Of a stretch of 64,000 nt of DNA, positions 1-12,566 are shown piece by piece. Position numbers and translations under genes: made by a program. Numbering within the stretch: position 1 is the first letter of the stretch; every line of letters begins with the position of its first letter. The DNA is taken from contig OX597819.1 in assembly GCA_951406725.2 (NCBI GenBank), positions 81,158,001 through 81,222,000 on the forward strand, read 5' to 3'. Source of the stretch: Octopus vulgaris. Taxonomy: Eukaryota. The notes beneath the pieces are model-generated. The model searched no databases, had not been told where the DNA came from, and worked only from the letters and a program-made list of their open reading frames with translations.

Positions 1-573
1 TGGAATTTCGAACCCAACTTTTATCTCACTAATGGGGTACACAGTTCTCATTCCTAAGGTTCTCATTACTAAGGTATCCATAGTGGATAAGAGCGCGAGC
101 TACTAGCCCTAAACAGTCTTCGCCAGTGGATGACGGCAAACGAACAACCTTAACTTTAGAATTTTCCTCCCTCTATAAATTCAGCACATTAGCAAAGAAG
201 CAGATTTTATTGCAAAATATAAACATCTTTTGAATGCTCCCACCACAGATGAAACTACTACAATAGTGTAGAACAATTCCAACCACTACTGCTGCGAGCA
301 CAACAGTTCGCTTTTAGGTCATTTGACCATTGGAGAAGATTCCACGAACAATCTACTGTGTCACAATACTCGTGCATTTTTCTTTTCTTTTCTTTCCCCC
401 TCTTCCTCTTCTTTCCCTACTCCTACTTCTCTCTTCATTCTTCTTCTTCTTCTTCTTCTTCTTCTTCTTCTCCACCTCCTCCCTCGGCTGCTCCTGCTTA
501 AACTATCAATTCTCTGTACCCATAAAACTATTCCTTCAGATTTACTACTACCTACCTACCAAGCTTTCCCAAA

Positions 574-576
<3 letters not shown>

Positions 577-630
<54 letters not shown>
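577..630. repeat. (AG)n microsatellite, preceded by (CTT)n at ~438-470
   Basis: Directly visible; explains poly-L/F/ER ORFs 323..577 and 330..674. Confidence 0.95.
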
Positions 631-633
<3 letters not shown>

Positions 634-1340
634 ATTTGAAGACTATGGAAATATTTACAAAACATTTCACTTAATTTTTTTTCTCTAATTTAATTGTTTT
701 TCTTATTTTAGTTGAAAAAATCTAAAAGACGGAAACGGGTACTAAAATGTACATCATGATAAAATATCTTATTTTTGCATTTTCTATTTTGTCTTATTTT
801 CCTTATATGCATGTATGTGAACATGGACAAAGAAAAGTAAATCAAATACCATATTAAGATTATCTCAGCCTCTCTCTCTCTCACGCACACACACACTCTC
901 TCTCTCTCTCTACACACACACTGATGCATAAATATAGGTATACACACATACGTATGTATATATATATATATATATATATATACACGTGTTTCATTTGTCT
1001 TTCCTCTCACTCTACTTTTTTTCATTATCCTCTTCTAATTCTTATTGTTCCACCTGTTTTATAAATTAACAGAAATCAAAAAGAACCTAATTTACCTTAA
1101 AGCATATTTTACATCGATAAGTTTCGATACTTGGGAAATGACATCTGCGATAGACTATTCTATTATTAATGGAAGCAAGACTTGTGTGTCATCCAGTTGA
1201 GGCGGTTATCGGAATTCCCCGTTGTCTTGGAAGTTTTTCTCAATGCACTTTCAACTAGCATAAAGAGGTACAGTAAATAAGAAAGCGAGATACAGGGATA
1301 ATGAACACAACTTTATAAGTTGTGAAATGCACAGTGAGAA

Positions 1341-1530
1341 GGCGCGTGACTTAGTGGTTAGGCTAATCAGCTCAAGGTCGTGAGTTCGATTCCTGGCGGC
1401 GCGTTCTGTTCTTGAGCAAGACGCTTTATTTCACGTTGCTCCAGACAACTAATCTGGTAAAAATCAGTAGTACCTGTCACATTCTGTCACGCTGAATCTC
1501 CCTGAGAGCTACGTTAAAGATACGCGTGTC
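1341..1530 (+). mobile_element. tRNA-derived SINE, family C (head and part of body)
   Basis: A-box-like TGACTTAGTGG and B-box GAGTTCGATTCC, then TTCTTGAGCAAG...GTTGCTCCAG; body matches 63040-63285 and 18088-18270. Confidence 0.75.
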
Positions 1531-2004
1531 TTATGTATAACTACATATCGTTATTTCAGATTCATCAAAATATTTGTAGTAGAGTAAGAAAAGTTGACTT
1601 ATGACAAATCAGTGAAGGAAGCTTCACGTTGTGTCTCCTCGAGCAACTAGAAATATGAGCCAAATTTCCATCAAATTATACAAGCTACATAGAACTTTAA
1701 TACTGAAAGACTTCTCCATGGATAAATAACGTTAACCGTACATTTTTGCATCAATTTAACTAAAATTAACCAATGATAAACTCTCTGGGTAAGTTGCTTA
1801 CGGTTCAATGATACGCGCATCAAATTTAACTAAAGCTTAAAAAAGCGAACTCTGTAAAGAATCAATACCAGGTGACTTATTTCATAAACAGGTCTTCTAA
1901 TAAAGATTTTTAATATCTTTAGGGTAACATTTCCGCATTTTCAATACCACTCATTTGGTTGCAGCTTGCAGTGTTAGAATTTCAACGTAAATATTTCAGC
2001 TGTT

Positions 2005-2395
2005 ATTTTGTCTGGCTTTACATTTTGAGTTCAAATTTCGCCGAGGTCAACTTAATCTTTCATCCTTTCGGGGTGAAGAAAATAAGCGCCATTTGAGCAC
2101 TGGGGGCCAATATTATTAACTCACCTCCCTCCCCCAAACTTGCTGGCCTTGTGCCAAAATTTGAAACCAATATTTCAGCAATTGTAAGGCGGTGAGCTGG
2201 CAGAAACTTTCGCTCACTGGACAAAATGCATAGCAGCATTTCGCCTGTTTTTACATTCTGAGTTCAATTTCCTCAGATTGACCTTGTCTTTCATCCACTC
2301 GGGGTCGATAAGATAAGTACCAGTTCAGCAGTGGGGCCGATGTAATTGACTTATACCTCCCCCAAATTTTAAAAGTTGTGCAAAAATTTTAAACC
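2005..2395 (+). mobile_element. Two tandem tRNA-derived SINEs, family A (2005-2170 5'-truncated; 2186-2395)
   Basis: GGCGGTGAGCTGGCAGAA head, GAGTTCAAATT B-box-like motif, central CTTTCATCCTTTCGGGGTCGATAA..AGTACCAG (resembles the Meta-SINE domain), tail GGCCTTGTGCC; many copies in the window. Confidence 0.85.
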
Positions 2396-3004
2396 TTTAT
2401 ATTACTTTAGGATTATAGACAATTTCGAAGTTACTAAATCCCCAGTAGATAGGTTGTTATGCAATACTACTGGTTAAGTAGTCAAAAATCGCACCTAAGC
2501 TTATGTTTATGATGACAGCCAGTCTGTCATAATTATAAGTTACTATTTATGAACTCTCATAAGAAAAGTAAATGCATAGAATACAACAGACATTAAGGAA
2601 TATGATTTGAGCTCTGTGGGAGTGTCTGTTCTCTATTTTTATCCAAGGGAGGTACTCGAAAATATATAATTTATGTATAAAATCCTAATTTTTCGAAATT
2701 GTTCAAATAAATCGTTGATACAGTTTAAAAGTTATAAATTTAAAAGGGATTGACTAATTTTGAATGCAGCCTCTCCCTCTCACTATTCCTCCATCTAGAA
2801 ACTGCTATCTTGGAAATTGACAGTAGAAGCTGAAATTAAGCACCTACCTGTTGGTCTACGGTGACCTTGAAATGACGCTTTCTTATGTAAAGCTATATGT
2901 CGTTATTTCAGTAGTAGCTCACGCTACTATTCCTTGTTTTGTTATAAAATCTCAATATAGGGTCAATCACTCTTTGTTGTTGGTGAGGAGGATCTTTCAG
3001 CTTT

Positions 3005-3225
3005 TAAGTTTTCCTTGTTTCAGTCATTGAACTGTTGCCATTCTGGGGCACCAATTTGAAGGGTCTTGGTAGTGCTTATTGATTATTTCAAAGCTTGGTA
3101 CTTATTCTCCTGGTCTCTTTTTGCCGAGTCACAAAATCCAACAGCAGTTGTCAAGCAGTGGTAGGGGACAAACGCAAACACAAAGATACACACACATACA
3201 CACACGCACACACATTTCTTTCCAG
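3005..3225 (-). mobile_element. SINE family B, 3' part
   Basis: TTGTTTCAGTCATTGAACTG..GCCAT..GGGGCACC..GGTACTTATTCT..GGTCTCTTTTTGCCGA..GTTGTCAAGC matches 53830-54050. Confidence 0.75.
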
Positions 3226-3285
3226 ATTGTTTCGGAGAATATTCGACACAGTCGTATTAACCGTGATCCAGGTTATATTTCCAGG

Positions 3286-4235
3286 ATGACTAAAGCTACA
3301 AAGCTTTCCGAAATTGAGCAAAGGAAGTTTCTTGAACTGAAAGAGGAAAGAATGAGTAGCCGGAAGTTTGCTGAGAAGATTCGGCGAAGCAAAACGTCAG
3401 TGGGCAAATTTTCTGAAAGATTCTAATGGCTACAATAGGGCTCATACTGGTGGACGTCCCAAGGCTATACCAGAAAGTGAGGAAAGGGCCGTTGTCAGTG
3501 TTGTGAAGAGGCCACACTGCTCTTCTGTTCTCAAAATAAAGGCATCAGCTGGTGCAGGAGATCCGTTGTAAGAAGAGTGATTTTGAACCATGGTTTCCTC
3601 CTGAAGAAGTGGCTAGGACGTCCATTATTGTTCCCTTCCCACAGAGCTGTTAGACTGGAATTTACTTGACAGCATCAGACGTGGGATGGTGATGGACCAG
3701 GGATTTGATCTCTAATGAGGTAAACAAATGGAATTTGTATGATCCCTGACGGTTATAAGTATTGCTAAGCTAATAAATGTGGTCAAAATTCCACTTATTC
3801 CGAGTGGCAGAAAAGGAGAGGAGGTCTTATGGGGTGAGGAGCAATATCAGTTAGTAGGAAGCTGCCACTTGTCATCATAGATGACCGTTTCAATGCTGCA
3901 CAATGCATCGGGGCTCACATTGACGAAGGAAGAGGGTTCTGTGGCGAAAACTTCATATTTCAACAGGACAACGCTCTTATTTATAATGCAAAGGCAATTG
4001 GGTTTGAAGTCATGCCATAACCAGCAAGAAGTCCTGACCTTAATCCTATAGAGAAATGCCCGGGGATATCTCACGAACGTTGTGTAGATCGAAGGCAAGA
4101 ATTCATCTGTTGATGAACTCGAAACAACCATAAAGAAGGCCTGAGAACAGCTTCCCCTAGATTTACTGCAGAAGTTGACTGAAAGCATGAAATCGCGTTT
4201 TTGAAGTAATTCAAAAAGGTGGTTGTCAAACACAT
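3286..4235 (+). pseudogene. Degenerate Tc3/Tc1-like transposase
   Basis: Frameshifted segments: MTKATKLSEIEQ..KIRRSKT / FLKDSNGY..GGRPKAI (Tc3 HTH); DE..WNLYDPDG (~DEKKFNLDGPDG); FQQDNA; RSPDLNPIE. TIRs not resolved. Confidence 0.85.
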
Positions 4236-4702
4236 TATTTTTAATGTATTGCATAAGAATGTCATTGAAATATATCCCCATTTTCCACCATCTTTGCAAT
4301 GTTATTCAATCTGACATTATAGCTTTGAACAGAGGGTTCCCGCTCTGTTTTTTGAATTATTATCTAATTTATGTTTGGATTTCAGTAAATCTGAATATTG
4401 CAATGCCTTCTATTCTATTTCCTATTATGAATTTGGGTAATAAATTTCGCCAGAAAAAAACAACGGACAGCGCTTTGGCTTTATAGTTTTGAACAACAGT
4501 TTACATATATTCAAACATACAGTACATATATACATGCAAACATACATGCATATACACACACATACACACATACATACATACTTGCGAACAAACATGCATA
4601 AATACACATGTACACTCATGCATGCATAGTACATGTATGCACACGTGTATACATACATTCATACACACGTACATACATAATTTTCTTTATGTTACGATTA
4701 TA

Positions 4703-5973
4703 TTAGGTTGTTACGACAATAATGGCCGATTACAGAAACTTAATTTTATTTTGGAAAAATTAACAATAGAAATGTTTTCATTAATCAAAGTATGAGCCGT
4801 GAACATCTATGCCTCACTGCCATCAATCAAGGAGATTATCTATGCCTCATTGATAAAAACTTATTGGCTTTGATGCTAAGAAATCTTTGAAAGCTGATTC
4901 CACCATTGGTTTGGTGGAAAGTTTTATCAATCAAAAACGTGTTTAACTGCTTTAAAAAATGGTAGTCCAGTGGGTGAAAAATCAGGAGAATATGGAGAAT
5001 GTGTTAAAGTTTCATATCTCAAGTCTGAGTTTCTGCAGCGTCATTCTTGCAAAATGTGGCTTTGCATTATCGTGGAGCAGAATTGGGCCACGCCTATTCA
5101 CCAATGCATGTCTCAGTTTTTGCAAGTGAGCATGCATTTCAGCGAGTCGATTGCAATAAACCCCTGCTGTAATACTCTAATTGGCTTCCAAAAAGCTGTG
5201 ATCGACAACACCAATTGCAGACCGCCAGACAGTCACCATAATCTTTTGCTGATGCAGCGTTAGCTTTGGGAAAAGGTTTAGCGAACTCATCATGATGAAG
5301 GCATTGACCTGATCGTTTACGGTTATCACAAAAGATCCACTTTTCGTCACAAGTGACTATTCGGACAAAAAAAGGATCATTGGTGTTTCGCAGAAAGAGC
5401 ATCGAGCACACTTCAAAACGCCGAACTTTTTGATTTTCATTGAGCTCATACGGTACCCACTTATCGAGCTTTTTCACTTTACCGATCTTCTGCAGATTGC
5501 GTGAGACCGTTGCAATACCGACACCAAATACCTGAAACATTTCTCTGACACATTGACGTGGGTTTTGTTGAACAATTGCTTTCAAAATGTTCATTGTCAA
5601 GATTGCATGACCATCTATCTTCTTCATCTTCAAGGCTCTCATCACCACTACGGAATTTCTGAAACCACCTTCGTACTGTGCGCTCACTTGTGGACCCATG
5701 CTCTGTTGATATTGGCAGCAGTCTGGGAGGCACTGTGCCCAAGATTGAACTCATGCAAGAAAAGTAAGCGAAGTTCCTTTTTCGCCATGTTCATAATTAA
5801 GGGCGTCTTTGCTTCAAGAGTATTTTGTTTGAAATAAGTAGAAAATTACTAAAGAGCATGCATCAATTATTAAGTATGTCGAACTTAACCTAAAATATAA
5901 TTAAAATACCATGATAAAATTGCGTTTCAAAATACAACACTTAGAGCGGCCATTATTTTTCGGAACAACCTAA
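4703..5973 (-). mobile_element. Full-length degenerate mariner (Hsmar1/cecropia-like)
   Basis: TIRs TTAGGTTGTTACGACAATAATGGCCG (4703-4728) and CGGCCATTATTTTTCGGAACAACCTAA (5947-5973), TA on both flanks; 1.27 kb. Confidence 0.93.
4781..5788 (-). pseudogene. Mariner transposase, frameshifted with stop codons
   Basis: MAKKELRLLFLHEFNLG; ERTVRRWFQKFRSGDESLED; KLDKWVPYEL; IVTCDEKWI; LLHDNAKPH; YSPD; ends GSYFD*. Confidence 0.92.
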
Positions 5974-5984
5974 TAAAATATTCC

Positions 5985-6160
5985 TCTGAGCGGGCCGCCA
6001 ATCCATTGCAAGGTTTATCCCTGCGTGACGCTAATACTCAATTTCACCTGAGTGAACTTGAGCAGCGTTAAATGAAGTACCTTGCTCAAGGAATGATCGC
6101 GCTGCTTAGTCAATCGAACCCTTGACTTAACGATCGTAAACACAATATTTTAAACCTCTG
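5985..6160 (-). mobile_element. Degenerate SINE fragment (related to family C)
   Basis: AATGAAGTACCTTGCTCAAGG..ATCGAACCC, similar to 8300-8400. Confidence 0.55.
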
Positions 6161-6426
6161 CATGAACATATGAATGCATACATACATAGAAACACAAAGT
6201 TCGTACATGCATGCAAGCATGTTTACTGAAGCTAGATAGATCTATCTGTCTATCCATCTACTAAAATATCTCTCTTTCATGTATCTCACAATCTAACAAA
6301 CAGTCTAGCCATCAATCCTTCTGACTGTTTATCCAACTATCTATCAGTCTGTCTAACAATTTATTAGTTTGTCCATCTATCTGCTTTTGTCCAACTATTT
6401 GCCGGCCTACTTATCAGTCTACTTAA

Positions 6427-6566
<140 letters not shown>

Positions 6567-7949
6567 TTCATCTGACTGTTAGTCAGTTTGTCAGTCTCTA
6601 CGTACATCGGTTAATCAAACTGGCAAAATAAACAGTAGATTTGAACATCTGAATATTCTAAAGTCTTATTTGCAATTGTATCAATATTTCATTTATTCAA
6701 CAAATTAAAAAAAAAAGAGTTAAAAACCGGTTGTATGAACCTCTGGTGTTGTCAAAAAATAACTTTTGAGCAGATGATAGCACAACAACATTGAACGATA
6801 TTTGTGTACGTCAAGTTCCAGTATTACGCCAAATTTTCCCCACAGACTGGGACCAGGTAAGAGGAAGTTATTCATTGAAATCTTTTGATCATAAGTTTGT
6901 TCGATCAGAGTTGAGTTGTAGCCAAACAACAACTGTGTAATACTTTACCAATGTAAATTCTATGAGAAGAAAACTCAATAATTAGATCATTTCCCCCTTT
7001 TCTTTCTGTCTTTTTCTCTTTTGCAAATAATATAAAAAACGACAGACAGAATTCATTGCACATTTCGAAAATCAAAAAAGATCTATTACATCATACAATA
7101 GTTTTCCTTATAAACCAATTAACTGGCTTCTCATCTGCTGATGAAAGACCAATACATCAAAATCATAGTCTATTGAAATCTAGAAAATACATTCCTTTTC
7201 AAAGCAATGTTCCACTATTAAAATACTATATAGTTCTTAGCTCCAGCTTATTAGTCTCTCTTATATAAATAACATAAGTAATTTTATAAACTTATCTCAG
7301 AGCAAATTTCACAACACGACAGAATGATCATCAACATGCTACTGTAGTACATCTATTCTAAAGATATTATTCTGCTGATTAAAAATCAATAATTTCACCA
7401 ACGATAAATTAATGCTTGGAACTAAATAACTCGTCGCAAAATATTCCTTCTTTCACTTGTTTAAAATAAATACTTAAACATCTGTAATCAACTATACTTC
7501 ATAGTGGATATTCAAACATACATGTATAAGAATTCATGATGCACACGAATTACGGTTTTGTCTAGAAAGTCGACATTAATTTCTAGTCGGGGAACTGTTT
7601 TGTTCGTCCATCTATTCTGGAGACGAATTGGTGATACTGTATTGGAAATTCAACGCTGATGTGAAAGCTGTATTTGACAACTTAAGTTCTTAGCAGAAGA
7701 TTGTCTCTTCTAGAATTTATTCGCAATTGGGCCCCAAAAGTTCACTATAGCAGCTTTATAAATCAAAGTCTATGAATATAAAAGTTGTGCACGCTTGCGT
7801 AAGTGCTATGTGTCTGTTTGTGAGTACGTTTTTCAGTGATTTTGTAAAAGAATGAGAATCTGCAGAGATAGTTAAATATTGTGTTTAGGTATATCCATCT
7901 ATTTTATAGAGCGTGTAAACATAAAAATCAATGACATCATTGAATGCAA

Positions 7950-8115
7950 ACATGACTGTGTGGTTAATAAGTTTCGCATTGCAACCATGTAATTTCGGGT
8001 TCAATCCCTTGCACGGCAAATTGGGCACACGTCTTCTACAACAAACATTGGTGGAGCAATAAGCCAATAACTCGTGAATAAAATTTGCTTGACGAAAATT
8101 GTGCGGAAGCCCACC
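7950..8115 (+). mobile_element. SINE family B head, degenerate
   Basis: TGACTGTGTGG A box, GGGTTCAATCCC B box, TTGGGCACACGTCTTCTAC. Confidence 0.7.
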
Positions 8116-8149
8116 GTGCCTCCCACCCCAATACACACACACATATATC

Positions 8150-8411
8150 ACGGGATCACGTGACCGGCTCGACTATCAGGTGTTCTTACATATTGCTAGT
8201 CTCTATGCGTTTTGTATCGTTTTAGCATTCGAATGACGCCACCCTACTGGCTAGGTGAGCAGGCCAACCTTAACCCACTGATCGAAAGGCGATCTGGATC
8301 ATGAAATGAAGTGTTTCGCTCTGGAAAACAACGCGCTGCTCGATCTGGGAATCGGACCCACGATCTGGCGATCGTGAGTGCAGCAGCTCAACCGCTCGGC
8401 TACGCGCCTTC
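8150..8411 (-). mobile_element. tRNA-derived SINE (family C-like head)
   Basis: Reverse complement begins GAAGGCGCGTAGCCGAGCGG and includes GGGTCCGATTCCC, similar to the head at 1341. Confidence 0.7.
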
Positions 8412-9157
8412 ATATGTGTAAATACATATATATGCGAGCGCGCGCGCGCACACACACACACACATAAACACTAGACTACTGTGACCCGTTGGGTCACCGG
8501 GAAGGTCAAAGTTTTCCAGGATCGAGTTTTGTTTCGTGGGATTTTTCTGTACCAGGTTATTTCGCATGCTTTCAATGGATGTGACATCGAAATCACGCGA
8601 AAACGGTTGCTTTCCCCATAAAAGGAAATAGTTGACTGCCTTTTCTTGCACGCCCTGCTACCACGTTACAAGTATTTCGTGTCCTTTATCGTAAGCAGCT
8701 GTTATGTGGTAGCAGAGTGTAATAGAAATAACAGCCAAATCTTTGGAAGTTAGATACGTCGAATGCACTTGAAAGAAACCTATGGAGAAAAAAAAACTAT
8801 TTTAGGCCATAGTTACGAACGGGTCTTTTACGAAATATTAACCGAATTTTTGTAGTCGTTTTCACTTAAAAATCTTTTGCCCATCATAATGTGTCTAATG
8901 GAAAGGTTAGAGTTTCTTCCCTTTCAAGGTTAAGTTATTTTCATAGTATTTTCCAATCATGAACTGTTTTGCGTATTTATACTCCCAAAGTCCTGAATAT
9001 TTCAATAACCACCAGACCGATGTACGCGAAACTTGATTTAGTCCGTTTGTATTCACATTCCAGGAGCACTTTACTTTCAAAGTATTTTCCCATTGTGCGC
9101 CAGTTTGGTTGTGTAACGTTGCAAGCAAGCTAGTAAGACTAAAGTTAATTTTTAATG

Positions 9158-9186
<29 letters not shown>

Positions 9187-9192
<6 letters not shown>

Positions 9193-10184
9193 TAGATAAA
9201 CTTAGATATGTTTCGACCAATGATTGGTCCAGGCCATGTCTAACTTAATAGCACCACCTGATAGGATTATTTGAATCCTGTTTAAGTCAAGTTTTGTTTA
9301 TGGTCCATTCAAGTAGTGAGTTTTTGTTGGGTGAGTTGTATCCAATTATGGGTGGCTTATCTGGTATTCCTTGAAGGAATCTATCCAGACTCCGTTTAAA
9401 GTTTGATCTCTTTCGGGACAATGTTAAATAGGGCAGGGCCTGTTGAGGAAAAGAAATTATGTTGTAGTGTACATGTATGCTGTGATCTTGAATTGGGCAG
9501 GGGACGTATGGCCCGTGGTCCCAGTCTTGGATGAACCTTGAAACTAATGTTCAGGTCGTTTGGGAAAAGTTGGCGGTATATTCTCCACATCTTACAAATG
9601 ATGTACCGCTCACGGCGACGCTGGAGAGAGTAGAGTTTCAAGGCTTTAAGGCGATCCCAATAATCGAGAGCCCATGCCTTCAATTCGTTTAGTGAGTGCT
9701 CTCCGGGGTGATTCAATCCTCGAGATGTTTTGTCTTGTATGGGGAGACCACATTGGGCAGCAGTATTCGAGGTGTGGCCGTACAAAGGAGGAGAAAAGTG
9801 GTATAATGACACCTTGTTCTCTGGACCGGAAAGTTCTTAAGATCCAGGAACTCATCCTACGAGCTATATCGACCTTCTGTTGATGTGTGCACTCCAACTA
9901 AGATCGTCATCAACAATTACACCCAGGTCTCTGATATTGTTAGAGGCTGTGAGCGGTTCCCCTAATCATCCTACGAGGTATATCGACCTTCTTGTTGATG
10001 TGTGCACTCCAAATGAGATCGTCATCAACAATTACACTCAGGTCTCTGATATTGTTAGAGGCTGTGAGCGGTTCCCCTGTCATCCTACGAGCTATATCGA
10101 CCTTCTTGTTGATGTGTGCACTCCAACTGAGATCGTCATCAACAATTACACCCAGGTCTCTGATATTGTTAGAGGCTGTGAGCG
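9187..10184 (-). mobile_element. 5'-truncated CR1/L2-type LINE (RT C-terminus, 3' UTR, repeat tail), with a triplicated 5' end
   Basis: RDLGVIVDD..RRMSSWILRTFRSR..VRPHLEYCCPMWSP..LDYWDRLKALKLYSLQRRRERY; 3' UTR shared with 47701 and 52638; tail (ATCTAAGTTT)2 running into (TA)n. Confidence 0.9.
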
Positions 10185-10265
10185 AGTTTCCGTCTACCAG
10201 ATCCCCTCACAAGGATTTGATCGGCCCGCGGCTACAGTAGAAAACACTTGCTCAAGGGCCATGCG

Positions 10266-10268
<3 letters not shown>
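10185..10268 (-). mobile_element. SINE family B fragment abutting the LINE 5' end
   Basis: GTTTCCGTCTACCAGATCCCCTCACAAGG..AACACTTGCTCAAGG. Confidence 0.75.
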
Positions 10269-10334
<66 letters not shown>

Positions 10335-10402
10335 ACATATATACATATTTATACATATACATACGTATATTCATATACATATATATACATATGCATATAC
10401 AA

Positions 10403-10443
<41 letters not shown>

Positions 10444-10470
10444 TATACATATATGCATACATACATGCAT

Positions 10471-10519
<49 letters not shown>

Positions 10520-10782
10520 GTTGAAATTTGTAGAAAAGCAAATGACGAAGACGATATGCCATAAAGATTGGTGGTTTTTTTTATTAATGATTAAATGTTT
10601 GAGGGGTGGTGTTGTATATACAGTCGTTGACCCAAATTTACTATTTGTTTTATAGCCAATGCTTCTTTATCTTCGTCTCATTTATATTTGTGCACTTCTT
10701 TTGCAGTCCTATAACCCCTTTTGCTTCTATAAAATGAGACAAATATTATTTTTTCTTGTTGTGTATACACACACACACACCA

Positions 10783-10813
<31 letters not shown>

Positions 10814-10820
10814 CACACCA

Positions 10821-10895
<75 letters not shown>

Positions 10896-11272
10896 CACTA
10901 CCGTCAGAAATTAATTAGCACCCTTGATTTGCTCTTCACTCAAGGTATTTGCTGTCACCTAGTGGCCATATCTCGAACTATTGCTTTGTTGCGAGTTCAC
11001 TGTTGCGCAGAACTATGACGTAACTTTGTTTGCAGAGCGGTTTGAGAGTCTACAGCCTAATGATGTTGATATAGCAGTGCAACAACAACTTGGAGTGCGG
11101 ATGCAGACAAATCTTCCTTTGTTTAATAGATATAGGTAGCGCCTCGCAAGGACCGAAATCACACCATACTAAGTTTTCTCATCGCGTAAGACGTTTTGAA
11201 TAGCTCGTAGGTTAATTGATTTGTGTATTTGCAAGATTTTTTTTCCTCACAAATTCTCCTACACTTTGCTTG

Positions 11273-11288
11273 GTGACGTCACTTCCGG
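11273..11288. promoter_or_regulatory. Overlapping ETS-CRE composite motif in the Tc1 5' region
   Basis: GTGACGTCACTTCCGG is the reverse complement of CCGGAAGTGACGTCAC; 160 bp upstream of the transposase ATG. Confidence 0.55.
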
Positions 11289-11448
11289 TTCACAAAACTT
11301 TCTGTTATACATCAAATAAGGTGAGAAATTCTGCTTTCTTTTTTTTTTTGTTTAATGAATAATAACTCATAACAGTTTTGTTATAGCATAACATTATTCA
11401 AATGAATAGTTTTAATGAAAATAACTGGTTTTTATCGTTCATTCCTAG

Positions 11449-12426
11449 ATGGGCTCAAGACCTCGCATGACCTTGGAGAGACGGTAAGAGGCTCTCTCGT
11501 GGCGTGGGAAGCTGTCGGAGGTTGCAATAGCCAGAAAACTTGGTGTAGTCAGGCGCACAATTCAGTGCTTATTTAAGAAATACGAGGAAACCGGATCAGC
11601 AGCTGACAAAAAGGGTAGGGGACGGAAGAGGCTGACGACCCAGCGGGAGGACCGGATCATGATCCGAATGTCACTGTACAACCGAAAGGCAACGACCCGG
11701 CAACTGGCGGAGGAGATGCAAAAGATGACAGGGAAGCAGTTGTCTACAACCGCCGTCAAGACCAGATTACTGGAAGCTGGTCTAAAATCCTGTAGGGCCG
11801 CCCAAAACCGGAAGAGGCAGCTGCTCTGGGCCCGTGCCCACAAGACATGGACCGTGCAGCAGTGGCGGACAGTGATGTTCACTGACGAGTCGCGATTCAG
11901 TCTCGTCAGTGACAAGCCTATCCATGTGCGACGCCGCAGGTGTGAGCGCTTCAACAAAGACTGCATTGCTCCCACCATGAAGCATGGTGGGGGTGGTCTG
12001 ATGGTGTGAGGGGCGTTCAGCTACAGTGGTGTTGGGCGGCTCTATGCCGTCGAAGGCAACATCAACGCAGCAAAGTACGTTGAGATAGTACGGGATACCT
12101 CTTTGGTGGCGAGGAGTACGTGCTCCAGCAGGACAACGCGCCTTCCCACACAGCCAAGCTCACAACCGGTTTCTTCAAGGACCATGGGGTGACGGTGATG
12201 GACTGGCCTGGCCAGTCACCTGACCTGAACCCTATTGAGAACCTCTGGAGTCGATTGGGTAGGGATTTGAATGTGCAGCAATACAGGAACCGACACGAGC
12301 TGTTTGGGGCACTTCTTGCTGCATGGGGGGGCCATCCCTGCACAGTACCTGCAGGCACTCATAGACAGCATGCCGACCCGCGTAGCAGCTGTCATTGATG
12401 CCAAAGGAGGAGCAACAAGATATTGA
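11449..12426 (+). pseudogene. Tc1 transposase with few lesions
   Basis: GRGRKRLTT; FTDESRF; PTMKHGGGGLMV*G; QQDNA-34 aa-SPDLNPIENLW; ends AKGGATRY*. Stops near 11486 and 12007, plus indels. Confidence 0.93.
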
Positions 12427-12566
12427 CTAAATTTCACGGTTAATAACAATTATGTGGTGTGCTGGGATATGTTTTAATAAATTTTTGATTAAAAACGAGT
12501 TCGTTTCTGATAATAAGTTAATTAAATTAAAGTGCTAATTAATTTCCGACGCAAGTGTATATATAT

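Larger units (their letters stand above)
10896..12557 (+). mobile_element. Near full-length Tc1-family transposon (DD34E)
   Basis: TIRs CACTACCGTCAGAAATTAATTAGCAC and GTGCTAATTAATTTCCGACGCAAGTG; TA at 10894-95 and 12558-59. Confidence 0.95.

Noticed and set aside
1341-1400. tRNA genes at A-box/B-box motifs (also 56677 and others)
   Set aside because: They continue into SINE bodies and lack a complete cloverleaf
4781-5788. SETMAR-like domesticated transposase gene
   Set aside because: Both TIRs present with multiple frameshifts and stops; an ordinary dead mariner
9852-10184. CRISPR-like repeat array
   Set aside because: Units are LINE RT sequence without unique spacers, in a eukaryotic context
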